Origin: Paragordius varius
Taxonomy: Eukaryota > Animalia > Nematomorpha
Assembly: GCA_964247055.1 (NCBI GenBank)
Contig: OZ176059.1
Location: forward strand, 806,001 to 870,000
Direction of reading: 5' to 3'
DNA: 64,000 nt
Positions 53,051-64,000 of this stretch are shown here, in pieces. The notes under the pieces were generated by a model, which saw only the letters and a program-made list of their open reading frames with translations, had not been told where the DNA came from and did no database searches. How positions within the stretch are numbered: position 1 is the stretch's first letter; the number at the start of each line of letters is the position of its first letter. Made by a program: the position numbers and the translations under genes.

Positions 53051-53443
53051 ATAATATACCTTCTTTTTATTGAATACAAACCATTTCATTATCATTAATA
53101 AATATGAAATCATTTAAAAATATTTACCAATTTTATGCATACTTTAACTGTATATTTCTATATTACCGTATTATGTTCATATAAACCATACGCTTCATTC
53201 CCAATTACTACCTGTGGATGAAAATGATTATTTACTATAGAAATATGGGAAATTATTTTTCATAATATTTTTTAGATTTTAATACAAATTTAGAAATCAA
53301 ATATTCATTTTTTATTTAATAAGATTGTCCCCTAGTTGTATAAAATAGATCCATAATATCCCCTTGTTTTTTATTAAAAATATTTTTTTATTCTTTTTGT
53401 ACTAACATTGTTTATGCCATGCGCTAATGTATTGTATGATATA

Positions 53444-53687
53444 CCATTTACAATTAAGATTTACCCTTAAACAATTTAAATTCACTCTTAAAATATATAA
53501 TGTGTTTTTAATCTAACATAACTCTTCATAATAAGATATATATTACGACATAGTTAATTTTTTCAGCATTATATTAATTTTAAAAAGATTTTCATATTTT
53601 AAATATATATGTAATTTTTTATCTTAAAAAAACACGTATTTTATCGTGAATTTTCATTGTTCGAGGGTGAATTTGAACTGTATATGG
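53444..53687. mobile_element. TA|CCATTT-family MITE
   Basis: TA|CCATTTACAATT ... GAACTGTATATGG|TA. Confidence 0.65.
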
Positions 53688-54353
53688 TATATATTTGGAA
53701 TAAGTCATTTAGCTTTCACCAAAAAATTTAGCCTATTGTGCGCAATTTTTGCATTTTTTTATATACAGCAAATACCACAAAAGAGGTAATAAATCTTTTT
53801 TACATGTCACAAATCCAAAATCACAATAAGAATCTGATATCAGAATATATATATTATATTTCATCAGGACCCCTGATTTTAGGCACAGTGATATCGAAAA
53901 CCCGCAGAGCACATTATGTTTCATAAAATTTTTTTGTGAAAACTAGTTGCTTTATTTAAAATCATATAATATATAATAATTTGGGTGTAAAACAAAAATA
54001 TTTGATTCTGAATTTTAATGTGGCCGAAAGTTTCATATTTTTGGACACATCAGAAAATAGTCTGATCGCACTTAAAATAGATTTATAAATGCTGAAATTG
54101 CAATATATTTAAAAATAATGCTAAAAAATTTTTTAAAGCGTATTTTGTCGTTTAAGTTAAGGCATAGCGGAATTCAAAAACCATTTTCTTTTAAATTTGG
54201 TGCTTTTGAAGTTTTCTCATAACTCAGATGTTTAGGTAAAACATTCTATAAATAATTTTATAAAAAAACAGAATTTATTTGACTAAATAAGACGAAAACA
54301 TTTGAAAGTAAAAATCTTTGGTGCTAGAAATATTTAACATCGTCAAATATATA

Positions 54354-54956
54354 CCATTTGCAGTTCAAGAGTGTCCTTGAACACTTCAAATTGGTCCTTG
54401 AACAATTCGGGTGTCCTTGAACAATTCAAGTTGGTCCTTAAACACTTCAAGTGGTCCTTTGACTTTTTTGTTTTGTTTTTAACTTTTATCAATCAAATCG
54501 TATATCATTTATCTATTTTATCGTTTTAACCTATTTCTATTATTTTACATGAATTTTACATCAATAACAACTTTTAATCATTGAGAAACCGTATATTTTC
54601 ATTAATTTCTTTAAATTTTGGATATTTATAAATTTTAACACCTATTTAAAAAATATAAAGTTTTCTGGGTTATTATTTACAAATTTTCATTAAAAACATT
54701 TAAAAACTAATAATTTTGTAAAATTGAAAAAAAATAGGTTGAAATAAAAAAGTGATTTTTGAATAAAAGTTTTTATAAATGAATAAATATAAAGAAAATC
54801 AGGTTAAAAAATAATAAAATAAAAAAACAAATGCAAAAATTATGTTTAAATCAAAATTTATAAATTTTAAGGACCAACTTAAATTGTTCAAGGACACTCT
54901 TGAAATGTTCAAGGACAAACTTAAAGTGTCCAAGGACACTCTTGAAGTGCAAATGA
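54354..54956. mobile_element. Foldback-like TA|CCATTT-family element
   Basis: TA|CCATTTGCAGTTCAAGAGTGTCC with about 4 tandem 20-21-bp units in each arm, ending GAAGTGCAAATGA|TA. Confidence 0.75.
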
Positions 54957-55255
54957 TATAAATGACAAACCTATGCCGTTTCCCAATCAATTAAAACGTT
55001 TTCTAAGACTAAAAAACGTTTTCCCAATCAACGAAACACTTTCCCATTCAACACGGTTTTATTTATGATAATAAGATATAGAAATACTTTTATCATTATG
55101 ATCATACTAAAAAAGATAAAATTTTGCACAGCATACTTATTTATTGCGTTTTTTTCACTATTCTGCGCCTATATTGCGCAGTTATTAAATGACCTACTCT
55201 TATGAAATCTTTTATAAGTAATCCATTTACACCTCGAATTCCCAAACATTGTACA

Positions 55256-56722
55256 TACCATTTCCCAGTCTAAATAAACGTTTTCCCAGTCAATCGAAAC
55301 ATTTTCCCAGTCAATCGAAACGTTTTCCCAGTCAATCGAAACATTTTCCCAGTCAATCGAAACGTTTTCCCAGTCAATCGAAACGTTTTCCCAGTCAATC
55401 GAAACATTTTCCCAGTCAATCGAAACGTTTTCCCAGTCAATCGAAACGTTTTCCCAGTCAATCGAAACATTTTCCCAATCAATAAAAACGTTTTCCCAGT
55501 CAATAAAAACGGTTTTATTTTTGATGATGAATATCAAAACAAGAATATTAAAACAACTTTTAACCATTATCAGCGTAATTTATGGATATAATTTTTTATA
55601 AAAACACAATTATTGAATGACAATTTTTCCAAATATACACAATCATTAATGACTTATTCTTTGAATGTTATATTTTTGGAATTTGAGTTAAGATAATATT
55701 TTTTATTTTATTGATGGTTTGCATTAATATTTGCGGCTAACTTATAAAATCTATAGTTACGGATAAAATAATAAAATTTAAAAAATATATCATTTTTATC
55801 ACAAGGGTCATTTAACACTTTATATTGGATCTTAAACATAAATTTTACGCTAATTTTATTATATTTAACATTTGGTTGGGGGCCTAAGGCGGACTTCCGA
55901 GTATCTTTGTGCGGCCCGCGAAAAAATTGGAATATGCCCACAAAATCTTAGTAATATTCATATTTCTTACGCAATTATTATGAATGAATCTATTAAATTG
56001 GTAATGATTAAAAAAATTTGTTATATTGTGTTTGTATTTTACAATCTTATTAATCGAAAAATTATGTGAATGCCCGTATATATTTCGAATGGGGAACCGT
56101 GTGCTTTTTGAGTTAAAAATGCGGACCGCGAAAGTTGGACACCCTTGTTTTAGTCAAATATCCTTTTTATTAAATATTTTTAAATCAAAAACATTTTTAT
56201 CAAAAAAATTTCCGTTTAGATATTTTTACCGACAGTATTTTTATTGACAAACCTGACATATTTAAAAACTGTTGTGAAGCGTTCAGCAAATATTAATGCG
56301 AACCATCGATAAAATAAAAAATATTATCTTAACTCAAATTCCAAAAATATAACATTTAAAGAATAAGTCATTAATGATTGTGTATATTTGGAAAAATTGT
56401 CATTCAAAAATTGTGTTTTTAATTAAAAATTATCTCCATATATTACGCTGATAATGGTTAAAAGTTGTTTTTACATTCTTGTTTTGATATTTATCATCAA
56501 AAATAAAACCGTTTTTATTGACTGGGAAAACGTTTTTATTGATTGGGAAAATGTTTCGATTGACTGGGAAAAGGTTTCGATTGACTGGGAAAACGTTTCG
56601 ATTGACTGGGAAATGTTTCGATTGACTGGGAAAACGTTTCGATTGACTGGGAAAACGTTTTGATTGATTGGGAAAATGTTTCGATTGACTGGGAATACGT
56701 TTATTTAGACTGGGAAATGGTA
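55256..56722. mobile_element. Foldback element with inverted arrays of a 21-bp repeat
   Basis: TA|CCATTTCCCAG...CTGGGAAATGG|TA. Arms 55256-55740 and 56281-56722 carry about 12 and about 10 copies of TTTTCCCAGTCAATCGAAACG. Confidence 0.88.
55802..56147 (+). mobile_element. hAT-type MITE in the foldback spacer
   Basis: CAAGGGTC... / ...AAAGTTGGACACCCTTG termini, internal GCGGCCCGCG, and flanks TTTTATCA / TTTAGTCA (6/8). Confidence 0.55.
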
Positions 56723-57126
56723 TATTTTATTTCAAACATGTCCAATCCTCCTTAAATCTTTTAACACTAAAGTAATTTGGGTGTTTGTAAGCTGAATAAC
56801 TCTAAATTGAGATCATTTGTTTTTGACATGATTTATTTTTTTTGCCTATGACACCATTTTTTCTAATATAAATTTTTTATTTGTCAATTAACTATTGATC
56901 AACAATGTAAAAAAGAAATTTCGCTAAATAAATCATAATAAAAAACTTATCATCTCTGTGTATGGGAACAGAAAAAACGATAATAAGGGGATTCTGAAAA
57001 ATGGCATTGGCACTATCGGTGTATTTAAAATAAATAAAATCTATTATCAAATATAATTAGATGAATCGAAATAGTGTAGAAAAAAATTGCTACAAAGCCA
57101 ACAGTCTCTATTTTCAATATATGGAT

Positions 57127-60109
57127 CAGGCGCATTCAACTGCGGCCCTCCAAAATAATATGTGAGCCCGCTAAAAATTTTTAAAATTTTCACATAAATA
57201 CGAAATCACACAATTTGCCAAAATATTTATGAAATCTTAGAAAAACTGATATCACAACAAAATTTTAATATAAGTCTTTCCAAATTTTGGAAGAATTAAA
57301 CCTGAATAAACCTTACCATATTTTGGCAAATAACAGGCTAACATTAATTGGTGAAATAAATAAGTTTTACTATTCTTTCGGCCTTTTTCATTGTTGCAGT
57401 TACATGTTGTTTTATATGGCCCACCAGATTTATTACAGCTAGAAATATTTGGGGTGGCTATTTCTAGACCAGCGGTGTCAGTCATGGAATTCTTTTGTGC
57501 GACCCGGAAAAAATTCAAAAGTACCAAAAAAAATCTTATGTGCAAAAATATTTAAAAGAAAACTTGTACATCAGATTAAACTTACCGTTTGAATTGCATA
57601 AACAATAATTTGGTTGTTTTTTACCCCTTGCACTACACAGAGCTTAAAATCGGAAGGTATGAAATATTATCTTGATAAAATAAATTTTGAAATATATCAT
57701 TTATGATGGTGCTTTTGATTTTGGCCCTTATGAGTGTAGGAAATTATTTCCTCTTTTGTGGTAAGTGCCCCGGTCTAAAAATGAAAAAATTTGCTCATAA
57801 TATGCCAAAAAGTTTTTTTAGTGAAAACTAATACCACGAGTTCACAAAAAATACAGACAGTATATATGAATAGTTTTGGATCTTGTTGAGGTTAAGCCAT
57901 TGGTACTTATTAAAAAATTTGACGGGCCAAATAAAATATATTTTTTTCAAGGGCCATGAGCCTTATAATTGCAAATATTCATAGCTATTTGACACTTATG
58001 CACATATATATACTCTAAATCAGCACAATAAATTTTTTGTGCGGATCGCATGTAAATCCAGCTAAAACTCGTGTTGCACCATTTAGTTCAAAAAATTAAT
58101 AAATTTTGATAACAACATTTATTATGATATTAAACATTTTTTGACAAATTTGTCGCCTCATGACAAGCCAATCTTAATACGTCGTCCAAATGATAATCGC
58201 TTAAGCGACTTTTGTATGTATTCTTGACATACTTCCTTTTTGAATATGCCGTTTCACGTGTAAGTTGATGGAAAAACATTTAGGATAACTTGAGCACATT
58301 TTTTTATATTTTCATATTTATTTGGCACATCTTGCCAATACTCTACATATCTTTCTTCTCTACGATTCTCCTTCCAAATGGAATCATTTTTAAAATATAC
58401 AAATTTCAATGATGTGCCTGATAAAACCAAAATGCTCAAATTGTTTAATATTGGATATATCTATATAAGGATTTTCCACGAGTTTAAGCAATTTTTATTA
58501 TTTCTTTATTCTTGAAATTTGAATTCCTTCTCATTAGATAAAAATATTAAATAATTTACTATTAAAATCATTAGCAAATTGGGTTGTTATTTTGCTCCCT
58601 TGACTTGAATTAAAAATACTAAGTTTAGAGGTAATTTGGGTAGGCTAATAACCCACCATTTGTCATTAATAATTTTCTCGTCAAACTTTCTGTTATCATT
58701 TATAAATAATATTTCATGTCTTAAAACAAAAATCTACTTAATACTTTGCTAGGCTTAGCCATGTCAAAACGGTATACAAAAGAATATCATCAAACTCACT
58801 GTGGATATCTTTCAGAAGGTTTTTGAATTTACTGCGGTTGAATTTTCTGTCACAGATGTGGTTTACTATATCCTCAACCGTTATTAACTACTGAATTAAG
58901 TGATTGATCTTTTACACGCAAAACAAGTTGCTGAATAAAGCAGTGAAAGGATAAAATATTTTGCAAATTATATTTTTTTTTCAAAATAGGAATAATTTCT
59001 TTGTTTATTCCAATGAAAGAGGAACAGCCATCTGTGCAAATGGAAACCAATTTTTACGTATACCATTATTATCAAAATAATGCTAATTATTTTAAGAAAA
59101 TCACTTCTTTTCGTAATCTTTTTCAATGGTGAAATTAAATGTTCCTTGTTAAATATGTTGTCGTTGCAAAATCTTACGAAGGCGCACTTGAGGATTAAAA
59201 TCAGTGCTGGAATCATATCAATACTAAAATATTTGCACAGAGCCAATAATGTATTGTAAATATTAAGACATATCCTCAATGCGTCGAGCACATGTTGAGT
59301 CAGAAAGTGAAGTTTTTTAGTTTGTCTCATGGTTTGATTATTATGGAATTTACTAAATAAGGTGCAACCATTTATTCATTCTATTATTTGGGAATCACGG
59401 TTTCATTTTTTTTCCTAAAAGATAGTAAATTTCATGCAAAACTAATGTTTACAGCTTTTTGAGAGAGAGAGAGAGTTATGGACATTATAGATTTTTCTTT
59501 CTGGTATAATCCCTTAAATTTTTTATATCCCTCATGATTTTCTGGTAATTTATGAGAAGGATGGATTGTAAAATGTCTTTGAATATTGTATATTTTTAAA
59601 ATTATGTTGTCCGTACATATAAAGCAGTTAACATTTTTATTTTAAACGACAAAGAATTTTTCTTCCGATTCTTCAAATAAGTATATAATTCAATTATACT
59701 ATGTATAGGTCGAAATAAATTATGTTTATTGAAAAATATTTTATGAGAATGAGTTATAAAAAATGATGCAGGATAGCAAGGAAAAAATATGTATATGCAA
59801 GTTTGGGTGAAAGGCTTGCTTAAATACAAAAAGGTATGCAATAATTATAAAATAGAAAATAAAATAAAATTCAGAAACAAAACAACGTATTTAGACATAT
59901 TAGGGATTCTACATTTCAAATTGGGTAAAAAATAAAAATTACCAAAATTGTATCCAAATATAATAAATTAATATTGAAGCGGAAATCCGATTATTGTAAT
60001 TAAAAAATTCATCAATAAAAAAATAATAAGTATCAATATAATGATAGGGTTATTATAAAGCACTGTTAGGGCAGCATGCGACCCGTGGGCCGCGGTTTGA
60101 GTATCACTG
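57127..60109 (-). mobile_element. Decayed hAT (Buster/SPIN/GTF2IRD2-like) DNA transposon with transposase pseudogene at ~58100-59350
   Basis: Minus strand: AFVRF..PLKKITKRSDF, VSICTDGCSSFIG, FHCFIQQ, VNHI..FKNLL..DDILLYTVLTWLS.AKVLSRF and YW..VPNKY..IKKCAQVILNVFPSTY*CETAYS. Buster-like ends are CAGTGATACTCAAACCGCGGCCC (60109) and GGGCCGCAGTTGAATGCGCCTG (57127). The flanking 8-mers do not match, so the pairing of the ends is uncertain. Confidence 0.75.
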
Positions 60110-60638
60110 GGTTAAGCTAACGTCGTTGTCGATTACACTGTGCAACAGAATTTGGGGTCAATTTTCTAATATTTTCTGATTCCTTATGGTATTGTGATCA
60201 AATTTGTGAAAAAAAATTTTTACTTACCCAGGTCGTTTTCGAGATATGGGACTTTTTCCATATGCCATATCCAAAATTTTCTCGTTTGTAAATATTTTTC
60301 GCTAGGTAAACAAATAATATGTGGCTTATAATACATATTTAATTAAAGACCACCAATTTATCTCTAAAATAAAAAAATTAAATCAAAATATTCAATACTT
60401 TTTGTTCCAGGGGACCAAAACCCTCAAAAACCGGGGAACTTAACATTTTTTGACACAAATATTTTTCATCATCTTATTAATTGAAAACTCATCCTAAATC
60501 TAGGCTCACCCCTAGAGTTAATTTTCAGTATTTTCAAATTTTCACTTTAATTTTCATAAATTACATTAAATTTAATTTAAATTCTTATAACCAACTGCAT
60601 TTATACCAAAATTGCAAAGTTGGATATATATACGAAAT

Positions 60639-60740
60639 CGATATGTGAAACCCCAAGTCAAATAGTTGTGTCGTACTTATGAGTGCTAACAAGCACGAAA
60701 CTAGTCTGCGATTACTATTGACGAAGGGTTTCACATATCG
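60639..60740. repeat. 102-bp hairpin / mini-MITE
   Basis: 15-bp perfect TIR CGATATGTGAAACCC...GGGTTTCACATATCG. Confidence 0.7.
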
Positions 60741-61432
60741 TTTATAATTTCTATTTATAATTTCATTTAATTCTATTTAATTATCCTTTATCATTATATT
60801 ACGGATTTTAACAACTGTTATATTTATAGGATGCCCGATGGATAAAAATATTGTTTGTCATATATGTGGACAATACACAAAAAAACTAATAGCATAAACA
60901 TTACCACTTACATAAAAAACTATTTTTTTATATTATGGGGAACCTAGATTTAGGCCCCGAACACCGTATTTTAGACATGTAGCATTAGTTTAGGAACATG
61001 ATGACAAAATAAGCCAGGCATTTTTTATAAAAACGCCGCAGTTTTAATAGGGCCGCAGGTATTATACATTTAATTTTAGACGAGTCTTTTAAACGATGTG
61101 GTGTTTAAATCTAAAATGCATCCCAAAGAAAAAGCGGCATAGGTTGCATTGCGAACTTTTTCTCAAAAGTTTTTGGGAAACTAAAAAATAACTACCTAAA
61201 ATTAGTTAATCGACTCTTTCTATAGGATGGGTATGTATGTTATAATACACATGCTATTTAAACATTTATATTCCTTTTTATCCAAAAATATAGGATGCCG
61301 CATGAATCTAAAGTACATAGGGTAAATTCCCATTGTGTGTTTCCCAAAGACGCCATCACAGAAAGACCCGAAAAATGACATCAATTTTAAATCTTTCGAA
61401 AAATCTTATCGAAATAATATAAATTTGATTTG

Positions 61433-61480
<48 letters not shown>

Positions 61481-61639
61481 ATAAATAAATTATTATTTTA
61501 TTTTACTTTCATTCAAGATCAAGATAGATTATCCGTGTCTTTTTGACCAAAATATACACTTTATTTAATATTCACTCTAATTAATTGAAGCAATGAGGAT
61601 TTGGCTATAATTTAATATATATTCTTATTGAAAGAGTTA

Positions 61640-62640
61640 CACGGGGTTTTTGAGATAGAAAAGGCTTTTGACAGGATTCCTAGATAAACTATTTGGTGAA
61701 GTCTCCGTCGTAAAAAGGTCCCAGAAAGTTATATCAAGTTATTACAAATAATGTACGAACCTCACACATCCAGGATTAAAACTCCCTAAGGTTTATCAGA
61801 GCCCTTTTCAATAAAGCATGGAGTCTACCAAGGTCATCACTCAGCCCCTTATTGTTTATAATTTGTATGGACGAGATAACCAAGGTCGTTAATGTAAGGT
61901 CAGATATGCAGATGACATAATCTTGTCTGATTCATTGGCTAAGTTAAAGAACGGTAAACAGATGGGTCATTATACTGAATCAATACCGTCTGAAAGTAAA
62001 CAAAGCAAAAACCGAACTTATTACTTTTGGGGGTCCACAACTTGAAATGGAAGTAGTTGGGTTCTGAAGAGTAAAGAAAGTTGCAATTTGGGGGCTAAGT
62101 TAAGTTCAGTTGGATCGTTAACCGATGATAATAATTTAAAAATAAAGAGCAGTTGGATAAATTGGAAGAAAATTTCAAGTGTTATGTGATCCAAATAATG
62201 TTAGAGTAAAAGGTAAGATATACAGTTCAGTTGTTCAACCCACAATGATGTATAATTTACAGACGTGGGGTGTCAAAAAATCCGAAGAAAGACATTTCAA
62301 CGTGACTGAAATGAAAATGCTTAGAATGATGTGTGGGGTAACGACAAAGTATAGAATTGAGAATAGATTTATTCATGGGAGCACCGATGTTAACCAATAG
62401 TGAAAATGTCAAAAAATAGGGTACGTAGGTTCGGGCACATTGAAAGGAGAGATTCTAATTATATTGCAAAAATAATAGATAGTCATATAGTTGAAGGAAA
62501 ACGAGGACGTGGGCGGCCTAAATCGAAATGGATGTACAGTAAAAAGAGAGTTAGCAGACGAGCTTAATACAGAAGACGCCATAGATAGAGTACTATGGCG
62601 AGACAGGTTATATAACATGACCGCTCTCACGAGTGAAAAC
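61640..62640 (+). mobile_element. Degenerate 5'-truncated RTE LINE fragment in the foldback spacer
   Basis: EKAFDRIPR, GVYQG..LSPLLF, ADDII, KGKIYSSVVQPTMMY..TW, EMKMLRMMCGVT, FGHIERR and EGKRGRGRPK, with frameshifts. Confidence 0.88.
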
Positions 62641-62763
62641 ATGTAATTTAATGCTTCAATTAATTAGAGTGAATATTAAATAAAGTGTATATTTTGGTCA
62701 AAAAGACACGGATAATCTATCTTGATTTTGAATGAAAGTAAAATAAAATAATAATTTATTTAT

Positions 62764-62803
<40 letters not shown>

Positions 62804-64000
62804 ATCGCAAATTAAATTTATATTATTTAAGTTTTTTCGAAAGATTTAAAATTGATGTCATTTTTCGGCTCTTTCTGTGATGGCGTCTTTGGGAAACACA
62901 CAATGGGGCACCCTATGTACTTTAGATTCATGCGGCATCCTATATTTTTGGATAAAAAGGAATATAAATGTTTTAATAGCATGTGTATTATAACATAGTT
63001 AAGTTCCCCCGTTTTTGAGGGTTTTGGTCCCCTGGAACAAAAAGTATTGAATATTTTGAGTTAATTTTTATTATTTTAGAGATAAATTGGTGGTCTTTAA
63101 TAAAATTTGTATTATGCCACATATTATTTGTTTACCTAGCGAAAAATATTTACAAACGAGAAAATTTTGGATACTAAATATGGAAAAAGTCCCATATCTC
63201 GAAAACGACCTGGGTAATTAAAAATTTTTCTCCACAAATCTGATCACAATACCATAGGGAATCAGATAATATTAAAAAATTTGGATCCAGAAAAAGTTTT
63301 GTCAAGTGTTATAGCTTTTTTTAGGTATATATGCGCCAATTTGTCCTGTAAAAAGTTCGGGATAAATGATTTTTAATGACACTTGGTGATCTGAGTTAGG
63401 ATTTCTGCTCAGTGTATTTTACAAAGGCTGCGCTTTCTTTTATTATTTGCTTTGCTTGATTATATGATATTCTTAGTTTTATGGTCAAACAGTGTGCATA
63501 CAATACGTTTTCAAACAGCCGGTGTATTTTTGTTGATAGTTTAATATCTTGGGAGTTCCATATTTTGGAATATTTTGTTATTATTTTTGCTATCGCACAA
63601 CTCTTTTAATACCTGACACACTATTATTATTTTTATCAATATCATTATTATTATTTATAAGACTTCCGAAAAAATATATTCAATAACAACTTGAAATTGG
63701 TTTCCTATGGACATTAAAGGATATTATACGGGTAATAATATACAAAATTGTCATTTTAAAATTGACGTATCCATTGGCGCATTCAATAGGGTAATTTTTT
63801 GGAATCAAGTATTTAGCTTTCAGCATAAAAAGTTAAAAAAATGTGTGCACATTTTGCCATCTGTGGAGCATAAATAACATTTTTCTCGTAAGGGCCAAAA
63901 CCCAAAGTACCATGATAATATTAATACATTTTCTATTAGATTTTTATATATATATATAAATATATATATTATCATAAGAAAAATAATTCAACTTTTGTCC

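Larger units (their letters stand above)
60153..63288. mobile_element. Large foldback/inverted-repeat structure (~640-bp arms)
   Basis: 60153-60444 plus 61236-61592 are the reverse complement of 62652-63288. The left arm has an extra ~790-bp block. Confidence 0.85.

Noticed and set aside
55169-56663. ORFs with (IDWENVS)n, (FRLTGKT)n or (PSQSKRF)n repeats as real proteins, or the 21-bp array as a CRISPR
   Set aside because: The units are contiguous with no unique spacers and there are no cas genes. The frames are open only because the 21-mer lacks stops, and the arrays lie in the inverted arms of a TA-flanked foldback element.
60220-60245. TACTTACC as the 5' end of a U1 snRNA
   Set aside because: Only the first 8 nt match. 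The downstream sequence lacks U1 stems and the Sm site, and it is part of the foldback arm.

Overview
Very AT-rich eukaryotic (metazoan) genomic DNA; the species cannot be determined from the sequence. Manual splice-site reading supports these host genes: a 7-exon LRRC59-like gene (+, 510-6697), a 6-exon GILT/IFI30 thiol reductase (+, 12987-16783), an intronless VPS25 ESCRT-II gene (-, 33169-33801) and a 4-exon Asn/Ser/His-rich orphan gene head-to-head with it (+, 34067-38076). There is also a probable first exon of a divergent gene at the left edge and an unidentified 215-aa secreted/membrane-type ORF (23296-23943). Most of the rest is transposon-derived: RTE-type non-LTR retrotransposons (one near full-length but dead copy and five fragments), a decayed hAT/Buster transposase element and non-autonomous Helitrons (one with all canonical ends, one with a tandem array). 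Several MITE/foldback families also occur (TTAA-flanked, TA-flanked, 8-bp-TSD hAT type), often nested. No rRNA, bona fide tRNA or CRISPR array was found. The most open questions are a decayed intron-free ORF at 39.8-40.6 kb (possible endogenous viral element), a 3.1-kb foldback carrying a LINE fragment, an in-frame UGA in the left-edge gene, and unresolved exon-like islands at 18.6-27.9 kb. All identifications come from recalled motifs, not from database searches.
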